A DNA stretch of 63,783 bases, the filler included, from Choristocarpus tenellus KU-1152 (taxonomy: Eukaryota; Protista; Phaeophyceae), in NCBI GenBank assembly GCA_964200185.2. It is 10 parts of 10 records of this genome, joined end to end, with 100 filler letters (N's around TTAATTAATTAA, not from the genome) between each part and the next. Parts side by side here need not be neighbours in the genome. Positions count along the whole stretch, not along the records: positions 15,136 to 25,534 come from CAXNAD020002951.1; positions 25,635 to 28,897 come from CAXNAD020021177.1; positions 28,998 to 32,873 come from CAXNAD020017436.1; positions 32,974 to 38,072 come from CAXNAD020011883.1; 6 more parts are not named here. One strand, written 5' to 3'. Each line of letters starts with the position of its first letter. Position 1 is the stretch's first letter. The notes beneath the pieces are model-generated. The model was not told the DNA's origin, ran no database searches, and saw only the letters and a program-made list of their open reading frames with translations. The translations under genes were made by a program, and so were the position numbers. Shown here piece by piece: positions 25,471-37,125 of the stretch.

Positions 25471-25534
25471 GGCTCAAAGTATCTGGGAGGGGGTGGCAGC
25501 TGTCCATTTGGGGTCAATTTTTTCATGTCGCGAT
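25471..25534. mobile_element. MITE family B end, truncated by the contig end
   Basis: GGCTCAAAGTATCTGGGAGGGGGTGGCAGCTGTCCATTTGG matches the reverse complement of the right end of 55808-55986. Confidence 0.85.
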
Positions 25535-25634
25535 NNNNNNNNNNNNNNNNNNNNNNNNNNNNNNNNNNNNNNNNNNNNTTAATTAATTAANNNNNNNNNN
25601 NNNNNNNNNNNNNNNNNNNNNNNNNNNNNNNNNN

Positions 25635-28305
25635 GGGTGTGGGGTGGGGGGGTTGGCTGGGGGGGGGGGGGGGGGGGGGGGGGGGGGGCGGGGGGGTTGG
25701 GGCGTATGCATCAGCGCAGAAACCAGGAGGGGAGTGACCGTGGTAGCCCGAACTCCGTGGATGGAAGAGGGAATGACAGCAGGGCAGCCAGGCCTTGCTC
25801 CCCCAGAGAGATGTTGGGTGAAGGGGGGGAACGGGTAGGGGTAGGTGTTTGGAATAAGGAGGATGTAGAGGCATGGGTGATGCCTGGGAAACGACGGGAG
25901 AGAGGTTCGGCGGCTGTCTTACAGCAGCAGCAGCAAGAAGTGGCGGGGGATGGAAATCGAGGTGGGAGGCCTGCCAAGGCTACCCCAGGGGGATGGGGTG
26001 CTAGTGCTTTTGATGGATGGGATCCAGGCTATGGATCAGCAGCAGCTGCAACTGTGGGGTGGCCGCCAGTGTGGGGGCATCGTGGCGAGGGTGCCTCCTC
26101 TTCAGACAACCAAGATGTAGACATGCAAGGTGGAAAAGGTGGTGTTGAGGGGAAAGGTAATGCCATGGAAGTCACTGCAGTACCTGGGTCTGGGTTGCTC
26201 TATGGGGGAGCTGAGTGTAGTCCCCATGCAGATGCTTTGAGGGCAATTGCACAGGTAAGATTACGCAGAGGCCTTCCCCCCCTACATGATAAGTGTGTGT
26301 GTGTTGAGCATATGAATAGGAAAGTACCCACAACCAGCACAAAGAAAAAATCCCCTTCATTTTGATTCGCCTTTCAAGTGGTACAGGAGAGTGCTCTGTT
26401 GGATTGCCTTGCTTGCCAAGCAATAGCTTGCCCTCATGTGCTCTAATGGTAGGTCCTTCTCTTAGGAGTTTCCCCTGTACATGAGAAGACCCCACTTACT
26501 TGATGAAGTGCCAGGGTATTTGTGTGCTTAATCTTTTTCTTCCCCTTCCTTCCAGCTACCTCCATGGTCTTGTTCCTGGTAATATAACCTCCCCCTACCT
26601 AATCACCACCCCACCTGCCTGCCACCCATCTTTAGATCCCATTTGATGGTGCCGAGCTTTGGGCATTGCACCAGTTCTACTTCAGCCCTCCACCCAATCC
26701 TGACCCTGACAGCCAAGGGCAGGGTGGGGCTGCGGCAAAGGTTGAGACAGAAGAGAATGGGGTGGGAGCATCACATGAGACTTGTGGTGGAGAATGGAAT
26801 CAGGGGGCAGATGGAGTTGATGTAGAAGCACCTTTGCAAGCAGAGGATGCTGCTTTGGGTGCATTAGGTTCTGCAGCAGCAAGGGGAAGGGGAAATGGGG
26901 TAAATTGGTGGCGAAGCAGCAGCCCACCTCCCCCCAAGCGACTCCGTAATTCCCTAACAAAGACACGCATTGCTCACTTTCCCAGGGTCAAGGTAAATGT
27001 TCTGTTAGGATTGTGGTAGGTATTGGGATAGCATGTGTTTATGGGAAGTTTGAAGAGGGAGAAGATTCTGCTTTATAGGAGATCATTCTCCTCCCCCATG
27101 TGATCCTTCTTAGGGCCTTTAGCTATCACTAAGTTGTTACCCAACCTTCTCATTCCTTGGTACATTTATAGTTGAGAAAGTCTTGTCATTGATCCACTGG
27201 TAGTTCCTGCCCTGGAATATCTACGCAGTGAATTCTACACTAAGCAAAGCTTTCGTGACAATGTAAGTGCTTTTGTGGATGGACCCCCATATTCGTTTTT
27301 GTGTCTACTTCTTTGACATGCTAGTTAGTATTGGGGACCCCAGGAATTGCTATTTTGACAATAATAGGTGATTGTCTGACTGGGTTGGTCACTGACTGAG
27401 GTTAATTTTGCACAGTCTATTGCTGTCTGTACGGATGGTATGTTTACTAATATTACAGTTATTTTGACTGTAATCTTGAAACTATCCTTATCCATGGTGA
27501 AAGTCGGCAGAGTCTGTAGTACTTTTGATTCGATACAAAGTAACTGTTGCACTACGACTACTTCTATTGCCCTTTGCATGCCTTGCTTGCTTCTTACATT
27601 ATGGGTTTAGCCATCCCACTGATTGTCGCCCCCCATTCCCTCTTGAATCTTGTGCTGTACCAACCAGCTTGAGTGTGTCACCCTGCAATGAAGTGTTTCT
27701 ACCATGTTTCAGATTTCCCCACCTGTGGTGTAGTGACAGACAGGATACGATACAGGTGTACAATCCATGCAGCTTGCCTTGTGAACCATGGAAATTTTCG
27801 ATCTTGACCCTCACATTTCACTCAAACTGTTCATTATGTTGGGGGGTTTTGGTCCTACTTTATTCTTACAAGAGATTGCTCTCATCAACAGTTAGAAACT
27901 GCAGTATAGAGCTTCAATGGGGTTTGACCCCAGATCATTACAGCTGTCTCCCCCTCTCTCTGGTCCATCACTAGTCCACCAAACCCTAAGTCAACAGAAC
28001 CCTTCATTCCCCCCCCCCACTCCCTCGGCTCATATAACTGTGCAACTTGACAGGCACAAGTGGACAAGCTCCAGTCCAATGGGGAGGACAGTAAGGTGCT
28101 GACATTGCTTCGGCAGCTGAAGCACTTGCAGGCAGCAGTGGTGGCAGCTGGAGGTGGGGTAGAAGGAGGTGAAGTTTTAGGAGGAGAAAAGGGGGTAGTG
28201 CCTTCGGGAGAGGGTTCTAGCGACCTCGAGTTGGGTTCAGGGATGGTGTTGGCGGGGCCTAGTGGAAACCTCGACATTGAAACATGGCTATTTGATGTCA
28301 TTTGA
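25635..28305 (+). CDS. Hypothetical multi-exon protein, 3' part (Gly-rich, low complexity)
   Basis: Phase-0 GT-AG junction 26254/26636 joins DALRAIAQ to IPFDGAELWALHQFYF. Exon 26636-26992; a probable exon ends at 27262 (EYLRSEFYTKQSFRDN) but its acceptor phase is unresolved; last exon 28054-28305. No family recognised. Confidence 0.6.
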
Positions 28306-29307
28306 GGTGTGACAGGCGTGAGTGGGAGAGGTGGCACATCCTCACACCCAAATCACTTGTGGGTGGGGAGCATCCTGCTTTTGCATCAATAGGCTTGTTT
28401 ATTTATTTAGTTTGCTGGAGGAGTGTGCTTTAGTTGCTCATGGATATTAGTGCACTTTGGCAGAGCACTCCCTGTGGGGAGTTCAAGGGAAGAAAAAGAG
28501 GCCTACACCGTTGGTGCAATCAGTCTCAGTGAATTGATACTATGCAATCAGTCTTATTTCACTTCCTGTCCTATTGGTCCTTTCGACTGTAGCATAGTGC
28601 CCCCTTATTTCCATCTGTTTTCTGACTTGCTAAAAGTATATCTTGCCACACTCCTGAGGAGAAGCGCCTCAATGGGGCACACAATTTTTTGCCAGGCCAT
28701 AGAAGACTAATTTTCATGGTCTGGTGACACACACACACACACATTGGTATGGTAGGGGGGCAAGGGAGGGGTGTAACAGGCAGGCAGTCAACTCAGGCAG
28801 CAGATGCAGATGGTTTGGGTATCCCCACCCAGTCTTCATTCACAGGAACTGTGCCTTGTTAGTTGAGGAGGAAAATTGTTTAATCCACTCTCCACCGNNN
28901 NNNNNNNNNNNNNNNNNNNNNNNNNNNNNNNNNNNNNNNNNTTAATTAATTAANNNNNNNNNNNNNNNNNNNNNNNNNNNNNNNNNNNNNNNNNNNNCTG
29001 TTATTAGCTGCCCAAACACCTTGTAAGACAGACTGCTTCCTGATAGTGTACAACGGGCTGTGGGAGGGACAGGTCATGTAGCGGTCTTCCGGCCTGCTAC
29101 ATGCATACTTCCTACCATCCCGATAACTTGGTGTTTGTTTTGACCGCAGCAATAAAAAACATATCCCAATACTAACATCTATTGTTACCCAGACTACATT
29201 TTTGTTACTAACCAACCCGATACATGTTAGCAAGCGGCATTTTTTTTTTAACTCTGAGCAGATTTATTTGATTAATTCACGTGATGTTGCTGTCCCCCAT
29301 TCGCCAG

Positions 29308-32300
29308 ATTATCAAAGCGGATCGGCTGGTCATTGCCAACAGCACCAGCAACGCCATGCGGGCCAAAGTCGACGGCAAACCTCTCGGCTTCGTGTTCATG
29401 TCCGTAGACGCCGCGAACCAGAGAGCACAAGCCCTCCCAGCACTTTACCCTCCTACCAACAGCGGTGACAGGTAACCACACACACGCACAGTCCATCCGA
29501 CAAGAACTTTGCAGCTGCACGCGGAACAGTATAGACGACCATGTTTTATCCTACGGATGAGTGCAAAGTCCCAAGAAATAATCGTCAAAATAAACGCACA
29601 TAATTCCACTACCTATTCCGTTCATCATGATGACCTTTCTTTACATGTTCCTTTCGTTCATGTCCCCCTTATCAGGGGCTACTCCGAGCGCCAGAAGATC
29701 ATGGCCGCACACGTCGAAGGCCAGTTCGCGGAGGTGCTCTTCACTCCTATCAATCTTGGAGGAGGTACGTACTGTAGAGTATCGTAAGAGCTAATCAACG
29801 GGTCATGGAGATCGCAGACATGTACATCAGCCGTATGGGTGTACGTCCTCTACATTGCATAAACAAATTACATTACCCCTCGTTTTAGCTCCAAATAAAC
29901 AATGCGTAAATGAGCAGAGTACTTTTTGCCAACAGTTGTTGAACATCATTGTTCACGCAGGTTGTAACCTTGTCTGCACAGCCACCCACCTTGCCCTCAC
30001 AAGGCTTATCGACAAGTACCACAACAGCCTCGATGATGCGGGGAATTGCATCATCCAGCACGTGCATTGGCAGGTAAGAAGGTTTCATCTTGACACGATC
30101 TACTCAACACATACTCGCTGAATACCAGTCACCAAGTAACTAACTGCACGGTCTTTAGTTTTGGTTTGTGTGTTGCAACCTGCATGTATTATGGTGGTGA
30201 TGTAGAGATTGCGCTCTAGCAATACTGGAAACTTACCCTGTTCCTCCACGAAACGCAGCGAAATGGGCTGACATATTGGCCTCACGCCTATCCCTCCCTC
30301 GCTCCCAACTCCCCAAACTGGCCAGGTCGACAACTGCGTCTCAGAGAACAAGAACAATTTCTTTCTCGGATACGTGGGGCTGTTGGTTGCGGCGAGTGTC
30401 ATTCGTGTGGTCGAGATACATTTTATGATGGTGGGGCACACGCACATCAAAATCGATCAGATCTTCTCCAGGTAATTAGGCAAGATATGCAAGTTCGATA
30501 GCCACATAGTGTTTTTATACGGACAGATACTGCCTCGAGGCTTGCAGCTCACGCTTGTTGCATTCCTGGAAGGTTTATGGTTGTATGCTGTAATTGATTG
30601 ATTGGCTTTTGATTTCCCCACAACAAAATTGAACGATAAGAGCAGCTGCCAAAACTATTTCCTAACATACTCTTGAAATAAAACAATGAAAAAAAGTACG
30701 CATCACCCATTTTTATATCTATATTTCCATATACATGCATCAGAGCATGTGCCTGCATATATATCTTGCTTCTCCACTTCGCTTCTTTCGCCCCCGCCTC
30801 GAAATTAACTTGCTTGCTTTTGAGCCAAAATATCTTAGAGGGTAAAGCCGCGTCCATTTGGGGGTCAAAATCCAATGATACGATTTTGATGCAATGTTGG
30901 TCATCGTGTTTGTTAGGAAGTGTCAATATCCGTCTTCTGGACAAAACCTTTCATACGTATTCTTTTTATCTACTCAGAAACATTTCGAAGTAGGTAAAAT
31001 GCCATAAAAAAAAGGCATGAGAAGTCAAGCCCCAAATGGACAAACAGGGCAAACCTCGTACCCTCTAAGGTACTTTCACTCATTTCACCTTCAGATTCTC
31101 ACGTGGAATAAAAGGGAAAAACATATTAACAAGAACACAGCTGGGTGAAGAGCTGCAGGCCTCTTACACGGAGGTTCCAGTATACTACAAGACCCTGCGG
31201 AACGAGGGCAATTTCAAGGGACTCCTTCGCAGTCGTGTCAACCGTGTCCCCAACATCACGAGCTACAGGGCTTTTCGCGTTGAAAAAGGCGGTGATGGGC
31301 GGGTGAAGGTTAGTGTAAAGCGATACATGCACAGCACAGAATGGAGTGGGATAGGCGGAGACCTTGCTACGGACCCCAACGCCCCTCCACACGACCTCTT
31401 CATCGGCCACCCACCTCGTATCCAAGATGCACCACCCTACCAGCTCAAGAGCGTTCCCAAAGACGTCATCCTGAAGGTGGAGCAGCGGTACCAGGCGTCG
31501 CACGAGGGCCTCCCTGCTGCGTACCCACTGGGTAAGTCGATTTTTTCATGAGGGGAGTTGATAGCTAATTTTGGTATTCGGTAGCCAGCCAAAAAAGTCA
31601 GGTGCAACTCTTGTACGAGGCAGCCTTTACAGCCTTTAGAAAAAAAATCTTGAAAAATATTGCATTCTCATGTGTATTGATCGTCGCATGTTACAATAAA
31701 AATTACCATAGATAACTCCCCATAAATGTTTTGAGGGTACCGGTCTTGTACTCAACAGAGACGATTCCGACGAAATATACACCCTCGCTCTCACCGCATG
31801 CTCCCCGACCGCATTCGTGAAACCTCACGCCTGGGAACAAAGTAACATTCATGCATCCATACCGTTGATGTCCTCATGCTCATGGATTCCACCTTCGCAG
31901 ACGATGAAGCCGTTCAGAGAGCGAAACACGAGCAAAGCGAGTCTGTGCAACTTCTCAAAGAGACAGGGGAACGAGATTTCGGCCTCCCAGTCCATTGGCT
32001 TCCCATCGATGATGATGGCGCTGGAACTAGCACCAGCGACGTCGAAGACAACGACCAGGGCGAACGTTTGGGTGGGGGAGATAATCTCGTCAGCGGTTAC
32101 AATGATCTCGGCAGGCTCGAGGAAACACACTCTTCCTCGTCGGACAGTGACAAGGAAGAACCTGACTCCCGTCGACGGGGTTGGCCTCGTACTACGTTGA
32201 CATCGAGGAACCATGGAAACCTAGTCTCAGCGCAGGAAGGCAGGTTTGCCTTTTTTGTGGCAACGGAGGCGCCGCTCTTGGTCGGCAAGATCCTAGTGGA

Positions 32301-32616
32301 GCGCGTCGGCGAGGACGGGGCGCGTGGGGTGGATATTCACTGGCTTCAGCCGACCAGTGATCACACACGTGACAACACCGTGCTAATGACCCTTGAGAAG
32401 TATGGCAAAAGTAGTTTTTTCGAAGGCTGGGTGCATGCTGGTGATAGATCCGGGCGAAGTGGGAAACAGAAGCGAGTTAAAGACGTAAGCTGGGAACCCG
32501 TGGCGGGTATTGTTTGGACTTGCGAGAAACTTGTTGGGAACGGAAAAAAGATTCCTACCAAGGTCTTGACAGTTCTACGGTCTGCGATCGAGGCCAGGGA
32601 AAGGGGGGTTTTGTGA
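29308..32616 (+). CDS. Intron-containing DDD transposase, Sola-like (closest to Sola2-type motifs); 5' end missing
   Basis: Exons 29308-29471, 29676-29764, 29961-30073, 30326-30471, 31095-31531, 31901-32616 (all GT..CAG) total 1665 nt in one open frame. Motifs FMSVDAANQ...LP, GCNL, WQVDNCVSENKN, FMMVGHTHIKIDQIFS supply three candidate catalytic Asp. C-terminal PLLVGKI...VDIHWL segment. Confidence 0.85.
30822..31081. mobile_element. MITE family A, copy 3, inside an intron of the transposase gene
   Basis: GAGCCAAAATATCTTAGAGGGTA...TACCCTCTAAGGTACTTTCACTC; flanks TTTT/ATTT; ends 13 nt before exon 31095. Confidence 0.9.
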
Positions 32617-33527
32617 GAGAGGGACGGAACACTACGTTGAAGGGACGAGGAGAGGAGAGGGGGGGGGAGAATGGGGACGAAAGGGAAGACAACACTGGCG
32701 ATGACAAGGAGGAGGGCGAGAAGGAAGATGAAGAGGAGGAGGAGGACAAGGAGCAGCAGAAGGAATATAAGAACGACGAGGACGATTATGATAAGGAGAA
32801 CATCGGTACGGGGCAGGGTAGAGGGGCCTCTGCCACTGCAGGCGCATGTACTGGGGTGCCCTTACATATGTCCNNNNNNNNNNNNNNNNNNNNNNNNNNN
32901 NNNNNNNNNNNNNNNNNTTAATTAATTAANNNNNNNNNNNNNNNNNNNNNNNNNNNNNNNNNNNNNNNNNNNNCAAAAAAAAGAGCTGTTTGACCGAAAC
33001 AGACGCCCCCTTACAAACCGCCTCCCCCTCCCCCCCCCCAGATGCTTTGGCCCAAACAGTTCCCTTCAATGTCACCACTGTACACATGATGAGGGTAAGC
33101 TGTCAATGGGGACAAGTGGAGTTGCCGTGCTGTGTGTTGCAGCCAATAACTAGACACCAGAAATTTCCAGGAAAGGTTGACAACAGCACCAAAAAGGAGA
33201 AGAATTTTTTTTTTCGATGCACACTATACTACACAGGAATAGCAAGATTGACCACACTAAAAAATAATCAGGGGGTGGAAGGCATGGTGCATGAAGAACA
33301 GTCCTGCCTGCGTGCTGCAATGACCAGCCAATCAGCTGCATTCACCCTGCCACTAACCCTAACCCTAACCCTAAGTGATGGCAACAGCAACAAAAGAAAA
33401 AAAGAATAGTTAAAAAATTGTGCAACAGTTAATTGTTAAAGCAGCTGTGAACATGTTACATTACCTGAACCAACCTCTTCTCCACTGGAGGACCATCTAC
33501 TAGTTCTAGAGAATGGAATAGGTACAC

Positions 33528-33558
<31 letters not shown>

Positions 33559-33756
33559 GACGAAAAATGGTTCCACTCACATAGGAACCATAGCATGCTT
33601 CCAGAAACCCCTCACCAAGTCCGAGAGAGAGAGTTAGGGTCATGCGTGAGGCACCTGCTACAATTCATGCTGCAAGATCCAACAGGTCCTCACCTCTATA
33701 AGGCGTTTTTGAAGGTTGTCTCCCCTTTTACGGTCTTTGCGACCCATGTCGCACAC

Positions 33757-35946
33757 CTGAGACAGTTTCCGCCTGAGGTGTGCTTCCAAGGGAACGAGGT
33801 GAGCCACCTGTCCCTCTCGGAGAGTGACCTAAAAAGGAACACAAGAGTGATGAGCAGTACCATTCTTAGCATCACACATTGTACACAAAGATGTAAAGAT
33901 GTAATGGTCTAAGGACATATGGTTTGAACCTGTTTGGGTGCAATGATATATGGTCAAATGGTCAAATGGTCAAATGGTCAAATGTTGAAACATACACAAT
34001 CATTTTATTTATTTATTTATATATATATATATATATTGGCAATACAATACATAAATACATTGGTGAAAACACACAAAATGTCCTCTGACTAACACAACCA
34101 TCATGATCTCAATCAACCCTAGGACACACTTTCCTAACAACGAACATGATCACTGACAGGTTAGGTTTAGGGTTAGGGTTAAGGTTAGGGTTAGGGCTAC
34201 AATCTGTGTCAGAATACCTGATGAGCAATTCAAAACCAGGTTGCATAGCTCCCGACCTTCACACCCAAGTGAAAGTATCTCAGAGGGTATCTCAGAGGGT
34301 ATCTCAGAGGGTATCTCAGAGGGTATCTCAGAGGGTATATACCTTATTTGATGCGAGTTTTGCCCTGTTTGTCCGTTTGGGTCTTGACTTCACTTGGGTC
34401 TTTTCTTTTATGACCCTTTCCTAATCGAAATATCTCAGAGTAGGTAAAATGTGTACGTTATGAAATGGTGTGTCTGGAACAAGGACATGGACAATTCCTA
34501 ACAAACACGATAGCCAAAATTGCATCAAAATCGCAACATTGGATTGTGGCCCCCAAATGGACCCGGCTGTACCCTCTAAGATATTTTGTCTCACCCCAGA
34601 AGCACCAATATACATATGTAGGTGTGTAGGTGTGTGAGTGCATGTTTTGCACTAGGGCTATTTTTATCCAATCCAACAGAGAGGCTCCTCTTTGGAGGCA
34701 TAACCTTCAAGCAGGTCTAAACCTGGGCAATTTAAAATGAATTGCTCTGCTCTGCATCCAACCAATGATATTCAAGCAGGGACGCTCATTTCAAATTATA
34801 GAACAGAATCAACCAATCACATTCACCTAAAATGAATTGCAAGGACGCTCATCGCAAAATATAGAATAGAATCAACCAATCACATTCACCTAAAATGAAT
34901 TGCAGGGACGCTCATCGCAAAATTTAGAATATAATCAACCAATCATATTCACCTAAAATGAATTGTAGGGACGCTCATTTCAAATTATAGAACAGAATCA
35001 ACCAATCATATTCACCTAAAATGAATTGCAGGGACGCTCATTTCAAATTATAGAACAGAATCAACCAATCACATTCACCTAAAATGAATTGCAGGGACGC
35101 TCATCGCAAATTATAGAACAGAATCAACCAATTACATTCATGCCTTGCAACATCCCTACAGGTCCACCTGGTGCTTGCTGGGAGTGTGCTGAGGGGATGT
35201 GCTGAAAACTGTACACTATTATTGTATCTATTGTTATATCTATTGTTATATCTATTATTGTATCTATTATTATATCTATTATTATATCTATTATTATATC
35301 TTCGATGGTGCAACAACAGGGATACTTGAGGCATTGAAGTATCTAATTTGGTACGTATTTTTTTTAACTTGCTTCTACACCATGTTTCATTCAGCAACTC
35401 ACAGCATGGGCAATAATAATGGCAGATAACCCTAACCCTAACCATTCACAACCAGCGCCATAATATCACAGTTAATTAAAAACAATTGGGTGGCAGTTGA
35501 GAGGTGATGAATAACAGATATTGGAAGGGATCTTACCTCTCCCTGGAGTGAGACTACCTGGTCACTGAGCTTCTTCACTAAGACCTCCATGGTGGATATC
35601 CTGTCATGATGTAATGTCAAACAAAGGTCAGATGATGTCTATTAACGCTTGTTGGCAACAATAACAATAGAAAAAATAATGTTAATAATAATATTAATAA
35701 TAATGATAGTAACAATAGAAATAAATAGCAACGATGACAATAGCGTATGGAGAGATAAATGAGAGCTAGCTAGGCGGTGAAACACAGTTTGTGACAAAAA
35801 AACTCAATGGAGGTGGGAATCATAGCCATACCTGAACCCTAACCCTAACCCAACAAAAACAATAATAATAGTGATGATAACGATAGCTAAAGCAATAATG
35901 AATAACAAAAATAACAATAATAATACAGATTCCACAAGGCAGAGTC

Positions 35947-35983
<37 letters not shown>

Positions 35984-37125
35984 CTGTAATCACTTCCCCC
36001 GAGCTTCTGGTCTCAGCTATCCATTCCTCTCTATTCCTATCTATTCCTAGTCATCTTCCTCCTCATTTTCTCCACCCCAGAGGGGTTTGGATGTCACCAG
36101 GCAAGTTGATATTGGAAGTGTTCCAAAATTTGGAGGGTGTAACCCTAACCCTAGCCCTAACCCTAACCCTAGGACCGATCAACTTGGTAGACTCTTATCC
36201 CTCACACACTAAGGTTAAAAAAGGCATTATACAAGGAGTTGATCAAAAATAGGGCATGGACACCAGGTCAAGACAGTCATCTCAAAGGCAGTCATCTCGA
36301 AGCAAGAACAGCGATGCCAATCAAAAATAAAATAAAAATAGAACATAAACAACATGATGTCCTCTGATTGCAATAAACGCGGTAACCCCAACAATAGACA
36401 TGTTTATTTGGATCAGGGTTAGGGTTAGGGTTAGGGTTAGAGTCAGGTTCATGGAAGGCATTTGCCACAAGGAGACAAGTCCCGCAAATTTTTCACAGAC
36501 AAGCCGGAAAGTAAACACGCCAATATTTTTTCCAACCCTAACCCTAACCCCAACCCCAACCCTAACCCTCCAATAAATGGCTTGTCGGTGTGTATTCTAA
36601 CCCTAACCCTAATCCCATGACATCCAACACTACAACAAAACCCACTTGTGCAGCATCTCCAGGAAGGTCACGGTTGACTCCTGGGCCGCATCCACCCTCA
36701 CCACCATCCTCAGCCGTACCAAACGCCTCCGTCGCAGACGGAACTCCCCTTCCCTGACTTGCACTACAGCACCCCCTTCTACCTCAGCTTGTTGGTCCTT
36801 ACCAACACCAGTATCGACAGAAGTGCCCACAACAGCCTGTCTCGGCCCTGTGGCCACCGCTCCTCCTCCTGTAGCTGTGTATGCAGGTGTGTATTCCCTG
36901 TTGCCTCCTCGAGATGACTCCTCTAATCCTGTTGAACTTTGCCAACGCCTTCCTCTATCGATACCGCCTGACTCTTCTCTAGTCGTCTGTTGTTCAATGG
37001 ACTCTATGGAGGAACCTTCTACCCACCCATCTACACCCGAGCCTAACGCCTCTGTGTCCACCATCCAGCCTCCAATCCAGTCCCAGTGGTGACTAGGAAG
37101 GAGAACGCCCTCCAGGGTGACTTGC
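33757..37125 (-). CDS. DysF (dysferlin/Pex24-type) domain plus coiled-coil protein, internal exons
   Basis: Phase-compatible exons 37125-36646, 35600-35537 and 33828-33757. LPSHHWDWIGGWMVD...DGW and RLRRRRLVRLR match the two halves of DysF; followed by heptad-like ISTMEVLVKKLSDQVVSLQGE. Gene ends are unresolved. Confidence 0.7.
34267..34592. mobile_element. MITE family A, copy 4, with perfect 4-bp TSD (ACCC) and an expanded left TIR
   Basis: ACCC|AAGTGAAA(GTATCTCAGAGG)x5...TACCCTCTAAGATATTTTGTCTC|ACCC. Confidence 0.9.
34776..35140. repeat. Intronic minisatellite, 62-63 bp unit, about 6 copies
   Basis: Unit GCAGGGACGCTCATTTCAAATTATAGAACAGAATCAACCAATCACATTCACCTAAAATGAATT. Confidence 0.95.
35217..35300. 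repeat. 12-bp AT-rich tandem repeat (TATTRTTATATC-like), about 7 copies
   Basis: Directly visible; it explains the NNRY and YYIY repeats in the spurious ORFs here. Confidence 0.9.

Noticed and set aside
31759-31845. Frameshift or stop making the transposase a pseudogene
   Set aside because: It arises only if the acceptor at 31758 is used. The acceptor CCACCTTCGCAG at 31900 restores the frame to 32616.
34776-35140. CRISPR array
   Set aside because: Head-to-tail minisatellite with no spacers.
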